A stretch of 37,665 nt of DNA from Pseudomonadota bacterium. GTDB taxonomy: Bacteria > BMS3Abin14. Made by a program: the position numbers and the translations under genes. Position 1 is the first letter of the stretch. Each line of letters opens with the position of its first letter. Location: assembly GCA_003228585.1 (NCBI GenBank), contig QIEJ01000109.1, forward strand, positions 1 to 37,665, given 5' to 3'. Positions 28,372-37,665 of the stretch are shown piece after piece. Below the pieces are notes generated by a model that did no database searches, had not been told where the DNA came from, and saw only the letters and a program-made list of their open reading frames with translations.

Positions 28372-29424
28372 TTATTCCGTGACCAATAGAGAGGCAAGCC
28401 CCGGACCGAAGGGGGTCAGGACGATCCCCTTCTCCGTGACAATGGCAGTGATCAGTTCGGCCGGCGTCACATCGAACGCGGGGTTGTAGATGTGAATCTT
28501 CTCCGGTGCCCAGGACAGATCACCATATCCGGCGACCTCATCCGGGGATCTTTCCTCGATGGGTATGGATTCTCCCGTGGGAAGGGACGGATCCACTGTG
28601 GTAAGGGGAGCGGCCACCACGAAGGGTATGTTGTGACGCTCGGCGAGCACCGCGACGTTGTATGTTCCTATCTTGTTGGCCACATCGCCGTTGGACGCAA
28701 TACGGTCGGCACCGACCACGACAAAATCCACCTCACCGGCGGCCATTATGGCGCCCGCCGCGTTGTCTGTGATCAGGGTGGCGGGGATGTTCTCTCTGGC
28801 CATCTCCCAGGCGGTTAATCTTGCCCCCTGGAGGACGGGGCGGGTTTCATCCACCCACACCATGGAAACCTTGTTGTCCCTGAAGGCTGAACGGATGACC
28901 CCCAGGGCTGTTCCGTAACCGGCGGTGGCAAGAGCTCCAGCGTTGCAGTGGGTGAGGATCTTCGAATTGGCCGGCACCAGTTCCGACCCGAAATCCCCGA
29001 TCCGTCTGCAAGCCGCAAGATCCTCATCCAGGATTGCCAGGGCTTCCTTTTCCAGGTCCGACTGAATCCGGTCACATGGAACTTCTGTAAGGGTGTCGAG
29101 GAACGATCCCATTCGATCGAGAGCCCGGAAAAGGTTCACAGCCGTGGGACGGGTCGCGCCCAGAGTCTCCATGGCGCTATTGACAAGAGCCTTCAGTTCC
29201 CCGGTTTCGGTCCCTGTGTACCTCATGGATGCCAGCACCACACCAAATGCGGCAGCGCACCCTATGGCCGGGGCGCCTCTTACAACCAGGCTGCGAATGG
29301 CCTCCGCCACCTCTTCCGGATCGGCATATTCATTGTAGACCTCTTCGTGTGGGAGGAGGGTTTGATCGAGCAGTGTGAGAATTTTGGTGTCCGCGTTCCA
29401 TTTTATGGGATAAATATCGCTCAT
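28372..29424 (-). CDS. mtnA: Methylthioribose-1-phosphate isomerase
   Basis: LDQTLLP, VRGAPAIG, TRPTAVNL, THCNAGALAT, ETRPVLQGARLT, NKIGTY, NPAFDVTP. Confidence 0.96.
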   Translation of the reverse strand: MSDIYPIKWNADTKILTLLDQTLLPHEEVYNEYADPEEVAEAIRSLVVRGAPAIGCAAAFGVVLASMRYTGTETGELKALVNSAMETLGATRPTAVNLFRALDRMGSFLDTLTEVPCDRIQSDLEKEALAILDEDLAACRRIGDFGSELVPANSKILTHCNAGALATAGYGTALGVIRSAFRDNKVSMVWVDETRPVLQGARLTAWEMARENIPATLITDNAAGAIMAAGEVDFVVVGADRIASNGDVANKIGTYNVAVLAERHNIPFVVAAPLTTVDPSLPTGESIPIEERSPDEVAGYGDLSWAPEKIHIYNPAFDVTPAELITAIVTEKGIVLTPFGPGLASLLVTE

Positions 29425-29447
29425 TATTCAGAATCCTCTTATCGCCC

Positions 29448-29538
29448 GAGTGGGAGCATGGGCGATTGGGAGAGTGGGCGCAAAAGCTTCTTTTCTGAGT
29501 GGTTTCTCCCCGTCCCCCCCTCTCCCCATCTCCCCCTC
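29448..29538. repeat. Degenerate 8-mer tracts in inverted orientation
   Basis: G-rich GAGTGGGAGCATGGGCGATTGGGAGAGTGGG faces C-rich TCTCCCCGTCCCCCCCTCTCCCCATCTCCCCCTC in the gatB-mtnA spacer. Confidence 0.65.
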
Positions 29539-29542
29539 ATTC

Positions 29543-30976
29543 TCACTTGGATAGAAGTTCCCGCAGAATTTCATTGACCAGTTTCGGGTTTGCTTTCCCC
29601 TTCGTCGCTTTCATCACCTGACCGACCAGGAAACCGAGGACTTTCTGCTTGCCGGCCCTGAACCTGGCAACATCATCGGGATGATCGTCCAGAACCCGCT
29701 GAACCTCCTCACGGATCGCGCCCTCGTCGGACACCTGAGCGAGGCCCTGCTCCTTCACAACCCTGTCCGGATCCTGCCCGGTATCGAAAACCTGTTCGAA
29801 TACCGCTTTTGCCGCCGATCCGGAGATGGCCTGGGTTTCCACCAGCATAATGATGTGTGCGACCTGTTCCGGAGTAATTTTCGCTGCCTCAACACCGGCT
29901 TCCTTGACCAGGCGCATGAACTCTCCCATAACCCAGTTGCTCGCGGCCTTTGGCTTTGCCCCTCCCCGGACAACGTTCTCGAAGAACCGGGCTGTGACGG
30001 GATCGGAGGTAAGAACCTGTGCGTCGTATTCCGACAATTTCATTTCCCCGACATATCGGCCAATCTTTTCGTCTCTCGATTCGGGGAGGCTTTGCCTTAC
30101 CTGCTCAACCCAATCCGGACCAATTCTCAAAGGGACCAGGTCCGGCTCGGGGAAGTAACGATAGTCGTGGGCCTCTTCTTTGCTCCTCATGGAGGAGGTC
30201 ACCCCCCGATTCGAATCAAACAACCGGGTCTCCTGGACAACATGTCCATCGTCCCTGATGAGGTCCACCTGTCTCTCGAATTCATACTCCAGGGCCGCCT
30301 GCAGGAACCTGAAGGAGTTCATGTTCTTGATCTCGGCTCGGGTCCCGAATGTGTCCGATCCTCTGGGCCTGATCGAAATGTTGGCGTCGCACCTGAGAGA
30401 GCCCTCTTCCATATTTCCATCGCAGATCCCAAGGTAGATAACTATGTCCCGAAGTTTCCGCATGTAGGCCCCGGCCTCTTCCGGAGATCGGATATCCGGT
30501 TCGCTGACAATTTCCATGAGGGGGACGCAGGCCCGATTCAGGTCCACAAAGCTGGAGTGGGAGGAATCGAAGGCTCCCTCGTGTACAAGTTTTCCGGCAT
30601 CCTCTTCCATGTGGATCCGAGTGATCCCGATGCGCCTGGCCTCTCCGTTGGCTTTGATCTCGACCCACCCATCCTCGCAGATGGGCGCTTCGTACTGGCT
30701 GATCTGATATCCTTTGGGCAGATCGGGATAGAAATAGTTCTTTCGGGCGAAGATGCTTTCTCCGGCTATGCGGCAGTTGGTCGCCAGACCCATCATGACC
30801 GTGTACTGGACCACCTTCCTGTTGAGAACGGGAAGGACACCGGGCATGCCCAGGCATACTGGGCAGGTGTTGGCGTTTGGTTCCTTGCCGAACCGGGTGC
30901 TGCAACCGCAGAAAAGTTTACTGTCGGTTTTCAGCTGGGCATGAACCTCTAATCCTATGACGGGTTCGTATTCCAT
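29543..30976 (-). CDS. gatB: Asp/Glu-tRNA amidotransferase subunit B
   Basis: [45 protein letters not shown]; ATG 30976 with SD GGAG. Confidence 0.98.
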   Translation of the reverse strand: MEYEPVIGLEVHAQLKTDSKLFCGCSTRFGKEPNANTCPVCLGMPGVLPVLNRKVVQYTVMMGLATNCRIAGESIFARKNYFYPDLPKGYQISQYEAPICEDGWVEIKANGEARRIGITRIHMEEDAGKLVHEGAFDSSHSSFVDLNRACVPLMEIVSEPDIRSPEEAGAYMRKLRDIVIYLGICDGNMEEGSLRCDANISIRPRGSDTFGTRAEIKNMNSFRFLQAALEYEFERQVDLIRDDGHVVQETRLFDSNRGVTSSMRSKEEAHDYRYFPEPDLVPLRIGPDWVEQVRQSLPESRDEKIGRYVGEMKLSEYDAQVLTSDPVTARFFENVVRGGAKPKAASNWVMGEFMRLVKEAGVEAAKITPEQVAHIIMLVETQAISGSAAKAVFEQVFDTGQDPDRVVKEQGLAQVSDEGAIREEVQRVLDDHPDDVARFRAGKQKVLGFLVGQVMKATKGKANPKLVNEILRELLSK

Positions 30977-30995
30977 TCTCGCTCCGTTAAATGGG

Positions 30996-31112
30996 ATTCC
31001 ACATTTCAAATTCCATATTCCAAATCAGAACCTCTATCAGAACAACCTGTGAAACTTTAGTTTTTTCTCCAATCCGTTGAAGTTTGGAATCTGGAATCTG
31101 GAGTTTGGAATT
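30996..31112. repeat. Inverted pair of heptamer tracts in the gatA-gatB spacer
   Basis: ATTCCAC-ATTTCAA-ATTCCAT-ATTCCAA versus TTTGGAA-TCTGGAA-TCTGGAG-TTTGGAA. Confidence 0.75.
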
Positions 31113-31116
31113 GTCT

Positions 31117-32574
31117 TTACAACGGGCATTCCGGGAACTCTCCCCTCTCCTGCTCATACGCATAGGCTACATTGAGCAGGGTCTCCTCCTTGAAGGAGGG
31201 ACCAATGAGCTGGACACCCACAGGGAGACCCTCGGAAGAGAGCCCGCACGGCACCGAGATACCCGCCACCCCGGCAATGTTGACAGGAATGGTGAAGACA
31301 TCGGACAAGTACATCCTAAGGGGATCGTCCACCCTGTCGCCAATGGGAAAAGCCGCCGTAGGCGCCGTGGGAGCAAGGAGCACGTCCACTTTGGAGAACG
31401 CCTCGTCCATCTCACGGCGGATCATTGTCCTGACTCTCTGGGCTTTCCCATAATAGGCATCATAATATCCGGCTGACAGCGCGAATGTGCCCAGCATAAT
31501 CCTGCGCTGCACCTCTACCCCGAAACCCTGACTACGGGTCTTCTTGTACATCTCCATCAACCCCTTGGCCTCCGGATACCGGACACCGTAGCGAACGCCG
31601 TCGTATCGGGCCAGGTTGGAGGAGGCCTCAGCGGGCGCGATAATATAATAGGTGGCCACGGCGTATCTGGTACTGGGTAAAGAGATGGGTACTGGTTTCA
31701 TCCCGCGTTTTTCAAGAATCGTAACCGCAGCTCTGACAAGTTCTTCCACTTCCGGATCCAGCCCCTCTCCAAAATATTCCTCCGGAAGCCCCACCCTCAT
31801 CCCCTCCACGTCACCTGTGAGAAGGGATGGGTAATCAGGTACCGGTATCTTCGCTGACGTGGAATCGGCAGGATCGTGGCCGGCGATGGCTTTCAGAAGG
31901 ATGGCACAGTCCCTGACGTCCCTTGTCAGGGGGCCGACCTGGTCAAGGGAGGAAGCGAAAGCGATAACCCCGTATCGGCTCACTCTCCCGTAGGTGGGCT
32001 TCATGCCAACGACCCCACAGTGGGAAGCGGGCTGACGGATAGAACCGCCCGTGTCGGTTCCCAGAGCACAGATGGCCTCTCCTGCAGCCACCGACGATGC
32101 CGATCCGCCGGATGATCCCCCTGGGACCATGTCAGTGTTCCAGGGATTATGGGTTGGGAAAAAACCGGAGTTCTCGTTGGACGAACCCATGGCGAACTCG
32201 TCCATGTTGACTTTTCCCGTGATGACCGCGCCCGAATCCTTGACCTTGGCTACAACCGTTCCGTCATAGGGTGCGATGAAGTTTTCAAGGATCTTCGAGC
32301 CGCATGTTGTTTTAACACCATCCGTCATAAAAATGTCCTTGACCGCCATGGGTATTCCATCCAACTGTCCGAGGAAGTCGCCCTTTCGATACCTCTCATC
32401 CGCCTCGTCCGCCGACTCCATGGCTGATTCCCGCGTGAGGGTAAGGTAGGCCCGGACCTGGTCGTCCACATCATCGATGCGTTGAAAAACGTCCTCGGTT
32501 ATCCGGGTGGAAGAAACGCGGCCTTCCTTTAAGTCTTCATGCAGGTCGTGGATGGTTTTGTTGTAGAGTTTCAT
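31117..32574 (-). CDS. gatA: Glu-tRNA(Gln) amidotransferase subunit A
   Basis: [43 protein letters not shown]; start ATG 32574 or GTG 32580. Confidence 0.98.
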   Translation of the reverse strand: MKLYNKTIHDLHEDLKEGRVSSTRITEDVFQRIDDVDDQVRAYLTLTRESAMESADEADERYRKGDFLGQLDGIPMAVKDIFMTDGVKTTCGSKILENFIAPYDGTVVAKVKDSGAVITGKVNMDEFAMGSSNENSGFFPTHNPWNTDMVPGGSSGGSASSVAAGEAICALGTDTGGSIRQPASHCGVVGMKPTYGRVSRYGVIAFASSLDQVGPLTRDVRDCAILLKAIAGHDPADSTSAKIPVPDYPSLLTGDVEGMRVGLPEEYFGEGLDPEVEELVRAAVTILEKRGMKPVPISLPSTRYAVATYYIIAPAEASSNLARYDGVRYGVRYPEAKGLMEMYKKTRSQGFGVEVQRRIMLGTFALSAGYYDAYYGKAQRVRTMIRREMDEAFSKVDVLLAPTAPTAAFPIGDRVDDPLRMYLSDVFTIPVNIAGVAGISVPCGLSSEGLPVGVQLIGPSFKEETLLNVAYAYEQERGEFPECPL

Positions 32575-32691
32575 GGCCACCTATCGGTAATTTGATACAA
32601 AGGGCCGTTTGGTTCAAGGTTCAAGGTCTAATAAAGGCTCGTCAGGCTGGCCCTCATCGTCAAGACTTCATTAACATATTGGATGTTGAAC

Positions 32692-32721
32692 TGAAGGTCT
32701 TCGCCTATGCGAAGACCTTCA
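32692..32721. repeat. Perfect 13-bp inverted repeat with the thiC stop codon in its loop
   Basis: TGAAGGTCTTCGC-CTAT-GCGAAGACCTTCA. Confidence 0.85.
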
Positions 32722-33973
32722 TGGCGCACATCTCCGCGCACATGGAACATTCGTCCTCGAGGTTCTCTCTGTCTCTGAGCCTGTATCTGACCTCAATGGG
32801 ATCGAGGGACTGATCGATCTGACCCTGCCAGTCGAGGGCGGCACGGCACTGCGACATCTTAAGATCCTGCTCTATTGCCGCCTTGTTGCCCCTGGTGATA
32901 TCCACTGCGTGAGCAGCAATTTTGGTGGCAATGACACCTCGTCGAACATCATCCACATCCGGGAGAGCGAGGTGCTCGGCCGGGGTGACATAGCACAGGA
33001 AGTCCGCACCGGCCATTCCAGCCAGAGCTCCGCCGATGGCTGCGGTTATGTGATCATACCCTGCACCCACATCCGTCACCAGAGGTCCAAGAACGTAGAA
33101 CGGGGCCCCGTGACACAGCCTCTTCTGAAGAACCACGTTGGCCTGGACCTGGTGCAGCGGAACATGACCCGGTCCTTCAACCATCACCTGGACACCTGCA
33201 TCCCATGCCCGCTGTGTCAGCTCACCCAGGGTCATCAGTTCCTCGATCTGGGCGGGATCAGTGGCGTCTGCCAGGCAGCCGGGCCTCAGACCGTCTCCGA
33301 GGCTGATGGTCACGTCGTGCTCCCGCAGGATCTCGAGGAGTTCATCGTATCTGGTATAGAGCGGATTTTCCTCGTTCTCCCTCTCCATCCAGGCCGCCAG
33401 AAGTGAGCCTCCCCGGCTGACAATCCGCGTAACCCTGCCTGAAGACCTCACCCGTTCCACAGCCGACCTTGTGACACCGCAGTGCAGGGTAACAAAATCC
33501 ACCCCGTTCTCGGCATGGAGCCGAACCGTGTCGATCAATTCGTCAGGTGTAACCATGGATGGATCACCGTGTTTCTCATGGGCCCGTACCGCTGCGTCGT
33601 ATATGGGCACTGTTCCAACAGGCACCGTCGATCGGGCGATGATCTCCCGCCGCAATTCCTCCAGTTCACCGCCGGTGGAAAGATCCATGACGGCGTCGGC
33701 GCCCGCCTCGATGGCTGTCTCCAGTTTCTGAAGTTCCAACTCGGGGTCGTAACACGCCATGCTGGTGCCGATGTTAGCGTTAACCTTAACGGTGAAAGGA
33801 CCACCTACACCCCTCGGCTTCAGGGAAGTGTGTGCAGGATTGGCAGGAATAGCGGCTTTGCCGCTGGCCAATGCAGAACGGACTTCTTCGACATCCACGC
33901 CCTCTTGCTCGGCGACGTATTTCATGGCCTCTGTGATGCGGCCATCGAGAGCCGCAAGTCGCTGTGTACTCAT
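32705..33973 (-). CDS. thiC: Phosphomethylpyrimidine synthase ThiC (short anaerobe-type form)
   Basis: KVNANIGTS, MDLSTGG, GTVPIY, IVSRGGS, SLGDGLRPG, EGPGHVP, GYDH, LCYVTPAEHL, C-terminal CSMCAEMC; the upstream TPP riboswitch favours ThiC over BzaA/B/F. Confidence 0.92.
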   Translation of the reverse strand: MSTQRLAALDGRITEAMKYVAEQEGVDVEEVRSALASGKAAIPANPAHTSLKPRGVGGPFTVKVNANIGTSMACYDPELELQKLETAIEAGADAVMDLSTGGELEELRREIIARSTVPVGTVPIYDAAVRAHEKHGDPSMVTPDELIDTVRLHAENGVDFVTLHCGVTRSAVERVRSSGRVTRIVSRGGSLLAAWMERENEENPLYTRYDELLEILREHDVTISLGDGLRPGCLADATDPAQIEELMTLGELTQRAWDAGVQVMVEGPGHVPLHQVQANVVLQKRLCHGAPFYVLGPLVTDVGAGYDHITAAIGGALAGMAGADFLCYVTPAEHLALPDVDDVRRGVIATKIAAHAVDITRGNKAAIEQDLKMSQCRAALDWQGQIDQSLDPIEVRYRLRDRENLEDECSMCAEMCAMKVFA

Positions 33974-34068
33974 TGTCGATTTACCTCCTCAATTTTAATT
34001 TCAAATTCCAAATTCCAAACAACTAACCATTTCTCCTCGCGTCCGAGATCTGGAATGTGGAATTTGAA

Positions 34069-34359
34069 TCATCCCTCGATGATCCGCGGCACCTTAAATG
34101 CGGTTCCGGCCCTCTCAGGCGCGTTTGCCAGACCCTTACCCACGGGAAGGGACTCTTTGACCTCATCTTCACGAAAGACATTATGAACATCAATAACGTG
34201 AGAAGTTGGTGGTACATCAGAGATGTCCAACTCATCGAGAAGACCGATGTACTCCAGGATTTTCCCAAGTTGATCCTCCATCCTCTCCTTCTCCTCTCCA
34301 GAGAGCTCAAGGCGCGCCAGGTTGGCGACATGTTCAACAAGTTCCGGTGTAATTTTCAC
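34069..34359 (-). CDS. gatC: Asp/Glu-tRNA amidotransferase subunit C
   Basis: VEHVANLARL, PTSH, REDE, NAPE...FKVPRII; SD AAGGGAG. Confidence 0.96.
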   Translation of the reverse strand: MKITPELVEHVANLARLELSGEEKERMEDQLGKILEYIGLLDELDISDVPPTSHVIDVHNVFREDEVKESLPVGKGLANAPERAGTAFKVPRIIEG

Positions 34360-34450
34360 TTGATGATCTCCCTTCGGGTTTATTCAGAACTCGGGAAAAT
34401 AACACAGTTGAGTTGATTGAGAAAGTGTTTCCATTTTCCTCCGCCTGAAT

Positions 34451-34480
34451 AAAAAAGCCCCCGGACATCAATCCAGGGGC
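34451..34480 (-). terminator. Riboswitch expression-platform terminator
   Basis: Minus strand GCCCCTGGA-TTGATG-TCCGGGGGC-TTTTTT. Confidence 0.85.
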
Positions 34481-34498
34481 AAACCTTACAACTCTATC

Positions 34499-34590
34499 GG
34501 CAGACCTTCCTTACGCTGGTATGACCCAGATCAAGTTCGAGGGGTTTTTCTCAGGCCTCGCCGCGCTCAGCCTCCCCCGATCTGCCCCTG
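34499..34590 (-). ncRNA. TPP (THI-box) riboswitch
   Basis: Minus strand GGCAGATC-GGGGGAG...CTGAGA-AAA-ACCCC-TC-GAAC-TTGAT-CTGG-GTCATA-CCAG-CGTA-AGGAA-GGTCTGCC; contains P1 (GGCAGAUC/GGUCUGCC), UGAGA, P5 and the GCG junction. Confidence 0.92.
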
Positions 34591-34598
34591 CACATTTA

Positions 34599-34627
34599 AC
34601 TTTACATTTTATGGGTCACAGTTTCAA
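34599..34627 (-). promoter_or_regulatory. Putative sigma70 promoter of the riboswitch leader
   Basis: TTGAAA (34627-34622), 17-nt spacer, TAAAGT (34604-34599); predicts a start just 5' of the antiterminator strand. Confidence 0.55.
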
Positions 34628-34695
34628 GTCAAGATTGCGCTTTCAAACTATCAGTGAAGCCGCCCCTTCATGATATTGATCAAACAGGGTTTTCC

Positions 34696-35055
34696 CTATT
34701 TCTTCGACTGCGCCTGCAAATAACCCTCTATAAGAATCGCGTCTTCCTCGGGCATCTCCCGAAACTGGATACCCATTCCGGGAGGTGTTTTGCCGCCAGA
34801 GGGAGAATTCCACACAACCTTCCCCAAAATTACGAATTTGTGACCGCTCTCGGGCAATGTAAAACTCAGGTCGATCTCCGTGTCGAGACCAAGAGGCTCA
34901 CTGGTGTTGACATACACACCACCCCGACTTATATTCGACATGTATCGTGAAACCAGATCCTCACCGGATTGAAAGGTCACTTCCAGTTTGACGGGCGCAC
35001 GTTCGTGCTGCCTCTTTTCCTTTATGTTTTTTTTATTTTCACTCACACCAGACAC
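34696..35055 (-). CDS. Single-domain PilZ protein (c-di-GMP receptor, TIGR02266-like)
   Basis: RQHER (RxxxR), NISRGG (D/NxSxxG), GKVVW...PPGMGIQF. Confidence 0.88.
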   Translation of the reverse strand: MSGVSENKKNIKEKRQHERAPVKLEVTFQSGEDLVSRYMSNISRGGVYVNTSEPLGLDTEIDLSFTLPESGHKFVILGKVVWNSPSGGKTPPGMGIQFREMPEEDAILIEGYLQAQSKK

Positions 35056-35240
35056 CTTCTCTCAAAGATTCATTGCTTATGGGCAAAAACACGCTCGTGG
35101 ACCATACATGGAAACGCTTGAACACGCCATAATATTCAGGTATTAGTCTAACGATTGTGGCGGACATTGTCAAAAATTGGGTAAAAGAGACAGATCTCAA
35201 ACGGCATCTCGCCCTGAAGGTTCTGCGCAAATAATTATGG

Positions 35241-35268
35241 TTGACGTTTGATGTATTTTCACTAAACT
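35241..35268 (+). promoter_or_regulatory. Possible sigma70 promoter of purU
   Basis: TTGACG, 16-nt spacer, TAAACT. Confidence 0.4.
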
Positions 35269-35339
35269 GCTATCTCTCATAAATTTCTGTGGCAACACTT
35301 TGGATATTCAGGATTATTTCAACTCACAGAGGCAGGATT

Positions 35340-36209
35340 ATGGACGAGAAAAGCTCACCGATCATAACAGCTTTGATCCAGGGTAAGGACACCAAGGGGA
35401 TCATCGCCACCATAACGAGCTGGATCTTCGACAACAGCGGCAACATCGTATACCTCGACCAGCACACCGACCCGGTGGAAGACATGTTCTTCATGCGCAT
35501 CCGCTGGGATATGGACGGGTTCCAGGTCCCGAGGGAAGAACTGGATGAGGAGTTCGGCAGAGTGTGCTGGCGCCTGGGCATGGCACACCGTCTCTTCTTT
35601 TCCGATAAAAGGATGAGGGTGGCAATCATGGTTTCCAAGCAGGGACACTGCCTCCTCGATCTTCTCTACCGCTGGAGGAGCCAACAGCTCGAGATCGACT
35701 TGCCCTGCATTATCAGCAATCACGATGAACTCAAGGACATGGCCGGGTACTACAACATTCCGTTCCATCATCTTCCGGTGACCAGGGAGACCAAACCTGA
35801 GCAGGAAAAGAAGGCCATGGATATCCTGCGGAAGGAGAAGGTGGACACCATCGTTCTTGCTCGTTATATGCAGATCCTCACTCCCAAGCTCGTCAATGCA
35901 TACCGCAACAGCATCATCAACATCCACCATTCCTTCCTTCCCGCCTTTATTGGAGCCGATCCCTACCTCCAGGCCTTCAAGCGCGGTGTCAAGATCATCG
36001 GAGCCACCAGCCACTACGTCACTGAGGAACTTGACCAGGGACCGATCATCTATCAGGACGTGGTTCCAGTAACGCACCGGGACAATGTGGAGACCCTCAA
36101 GAGGAAGGGTGAGGACATCGAGAAAATGGTGCTGGCACGATCGGTGGCCATGCACGTGGAGAATCGCGTGTTGATTCACAACGGGAAAACCGTGATCTTC
36201 GGGGGGTAG
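35340..36209 (+). CDS. purU: Formyltetrahydrofolate deformylase
   Basis: N-terminal ACT domain (DTKGII, FFMR), VSKQGHCL, SNH, LARYMQIL, INIHHSFLPAF, GATSHYVT, LDQGPII; ATG 35340. Confidence 0.96.
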   Translation: MDEKSSPIITALIQGKDTKGIIATITSWIFDNSGNIVYLDQHTDPVEDMFFMRIRWDMDGFQVPREELDEEFGRVCWRLGMAHRLFFSDKRMRVAIMVSKQGHCLLDLLYRWRSQQLEIDLPCIISNHDELKDMAGYYNIPFHHLPVTRETKPEQEKKAMDILRKEKVDTIVLARYMQILTPKLVNAYRNSIINIHHSFLPAFIGADPYLQAFKRGVKIIGATSHYVTEELDQGPIIYQDVVPVTHRDNVETLKRKGEDIEKMVLARSVAMHVENRVLIHNGKTVIFGG

Positions 36210-36330
36210 GTGTCCGATAAGGCATCATCTACTGTGTTATCGGGCTTCGTTGGTCCTCGGAGTACTTACAACGTACGCCTGCGGCCCCCTCAACCCTCTG
36301 GCCTTGTATCTAATACCTTCTCGAACACCT
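36208..36330. mobile_element. MITE-like/palindromic non-coding element, about 123 bp, abutting the purU stop
   Basis: Left end AGGTGTCCGATAAGGCAT versus reverse complement of right end AGGTGTTCGAGAAGGTAT (15/18); central GTAC...GTAC hairpin. Confidence 0.5.
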
Positions 36331-36448
36331 TTATAAAATTATTTTGGGTTAATAATTCGATTATTCCGGATTTACTGGAATTTTCGATTGATACCGATAT
36401 AGCCTCGTGAAGAGCCGTTCGGAGCAAAGATGAACTTGAAAACCTTTC

Positions 36449-36485
36449 ACCCCCACCTCGGTCCTCCCCCCTCCAGGGGGAGGAA
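36449..36485. repeat. Short GC-rich palindromic element
   Basis: ACCCCCACC...TCCTCCCCC-CTCCA-GGGGGAGGA. Confidence 0.55.
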
Positions 36486-36543
36486 GAATAGGGAAGGTGG
36501 TCCACTTACAGCCTGATTTTAAGAGAACTGGGCGAGCGAAGAT

Positions 36544-36572
36544 TTGACTCCGAACGGCTCTGCGGTTAATAT
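36544..36572 (+). promoter_or_regulatory. Putative sigma70 promoter of the OYE gene
   Basis: TTGACT, 17-nt spacer, TAATAT. Confidence 0.55.
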
Positions 36573-36614
36573 TTTCTCCTAATTACTGATTACTGGATTC
36601 ACAGGAGGTGAGTC

Positions 36615-37665
36615 ATGCCACAGGAGACAGGGCTCTTTTCACCCTACACACTCGGACCCATCGAACTTCAAAACAGGATCGTCATGGCGCCCATGACCCG
36701 CAACCGGGCAGGGGACGGCAACGTTCCCCGGGAGTTGAACGCTCTCTATTATGAGCAGCGGGCCAGCTGCGGACTGATTATCACCGAAGCGGCTCAGATC
36801 TCCCCACAGGGTGTTGGTTATCCGGCCACTCCGGGCATTCACACGCCTGGGCAGATAGAGGGCTGGAAAAAGGTCACCGACTCGGTCCATGGGGCCGGAG
36901 GAAAGATTTTCCTTCAGCTCTGGCACGTGGGCCGCATCTCCCACCCTTCCCTCCAGCCCGGCGGGGAGCTTCCCGTAGCCCCATCGGCCATAAAGCCGGA
37001 GGGGGAAGCTTTCACATATGAAGGTTTAAAACCGTTCGTGACACCCCGGGCCCTGGAAACCGATGAGATACCCGGTATCGTCGAACAATACCGCCAGGCA
37101 GCCATAAACGCCGGGGACGCTGAATTTGACGGAGTGGAGATACACGGGGCCAATGGATACCTCATCGACCAGTTTCTGAGGGATGGGACGAACCGGCGCA
37201 CCGATGCTTACGGAGGACCACTGGATAACCGAACTCGACTTCTCCTGGAGATTGTCAAAGCCGTGGCAGGCGTCGGGGGAGCGGATCGCGTGGGTGTCAG
37301 GATCTCCCCCCTGAATCCCTTTAACAGCATGAGTGATTCCGATCCTGCCGCAACGTTCGCCCATGTGGCAGGGGTTCTTGGAACATTCGGGCTGGCTTAC
37401 CTTCACGTTGTTGAAGCGGCAATCAGTGAGGAGGGAGCGGCACCGGTTGATTTTGATTACACCGGACTGAAAAAAGCTTTCGGCGGAACCTATATCGCCA
37501 ATGGAGGCTACGACAGGGAGAGGGCAGAAGCAGTTTTAGAGGAAGGCCGGGCGGATCTGGTATCTTTTGGAGCGTCCTATCTCGCCAACCCGGACCTGCC
37601 CGAACGGTTGAAGGCCGACTCCCCTCTCAACGATCCCGATCCTTCCACTTTTTACGGAGGGGATG
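36615..37665 (+). CDS. nemA: Old yellow enzyme-family alkene reductase (NemA-like), truncated by the window end
   Basis: Absent from the ORF track. ATG 36615 after SD AGGAGG gives NRIVMAPMTR, YYEQRAS, QLWHVGRISH, GVEIHGANGYLIDQFL, NRRTDAYGG, ANPDLPER, TFYGG. Confidence 0.93.
   Translation, partial: MPQETGLFSPYTLGPIELQNRIVMAPMTRNRAGDGNVPRELNALYYEQRASCGLIITEAAQISPQGVGYPATPGIHTPGQIEGWKKVTDSVHGAGGKIFLQLWHVGRISHPSLQPGGELPVAPSAIKPEGEAFTYEGLKPFVTPRALETDEIPGIVEQYRQAAINAGDAEFDGVEIHGANGYLIDQFLRDGTNRRTDAYGGPLDNRTRLLLEIVKAVAGVGGADRVGVRISPLNPFNSMSDSDPAATFAHVAGVLGTFGLAYLHVVEAAISEEGAAPVDFDYTGLKKAFGGTYIANGGYDRERAEAVLEEGRADLVSFGASYLANPDLPERLKADSPLNDPDPSTFYGGD

Noticed and set aside
24216-30952. Long plus-strand ORFs (24216-25445, 409 aa; 29681-30952, 423 aa) and similar shadows elsewhere
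   Set aside because: They are antisense to well-conserved genes (ilvE, gatB), have no recognisable motifs, and are expected from codon bias in GC-rich DNA.
32705-33973. BzaA/B/F (benzimidazole synthesis) instead of ThiC
   Set aside because: The upstream element is a TPP riboswitch, not a cobalamin riboswitch, and no cob or bza genes are nearby.
35340-36209. purU as part of oxalate/C1 catabolism
   Set aside because: It is 22 kb away, divergently transcribed, and I saw no TGGTCNGACCA site upstream; OOR yields CO2, not formate.
36210-37406. Small ORFs 36210-36410 and 36290-36505, and minus-strand ORFs at 36639-37406
   Set aside because: They overlap palindromic elements or are antisense to the OYE gene.

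Overview
Chromosomal window from a probable anaerobic deltaproteobacterium-like (Desulfobacterota-type) bacterium; the taxon is inferred from gene content only. All genes from 1 to 35055 lie on the minus strand, followed by divergent purU and a partial OYE/NemA gene. Three modules stand out. (1) At 1-13370 is a putative oxalate catabolism locus: a sigma70 promoter with three FadR/GntR-type TGGTCNGACCA operators, then a Cdc48/VCP-like AAA+ ATPase, a GntR regulator, a four-gene oxalate oxidoreductase (Arg31/Arg109/Asp116/Gln211 signature intact) and a tripartite tricarboxylate transporter, followed by an SDR, an ArsB/NhaD permease and a cytoplasmic GGT-family Ntn hydrolase. (2) At 17456-21546 is a compact putative ceramide pathway (cerR-like, spt, bCerS-like) with an appended CTP-dependent phytol/dolichol/DAG-kinase-family gene. 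(3) At 29543-34627 a complete TPP riboswitch attenuator sits upstream of gatC-thiC-gatA-gatB, so thiC lies inside the gatCAB operon. Housekeeping and other genes include pckG, a Usp, azlCD, polA, ilvE, glnE, mtnA and a PilZ protein. Intergenic DNA carries several short palindromic elements and 7-/8-mer tandem tracts. I saw no CRISPR array, tRNA, rRNA or transposase. Family calls rest on motifs and on my recollection of reference proteins; no database searches were run.
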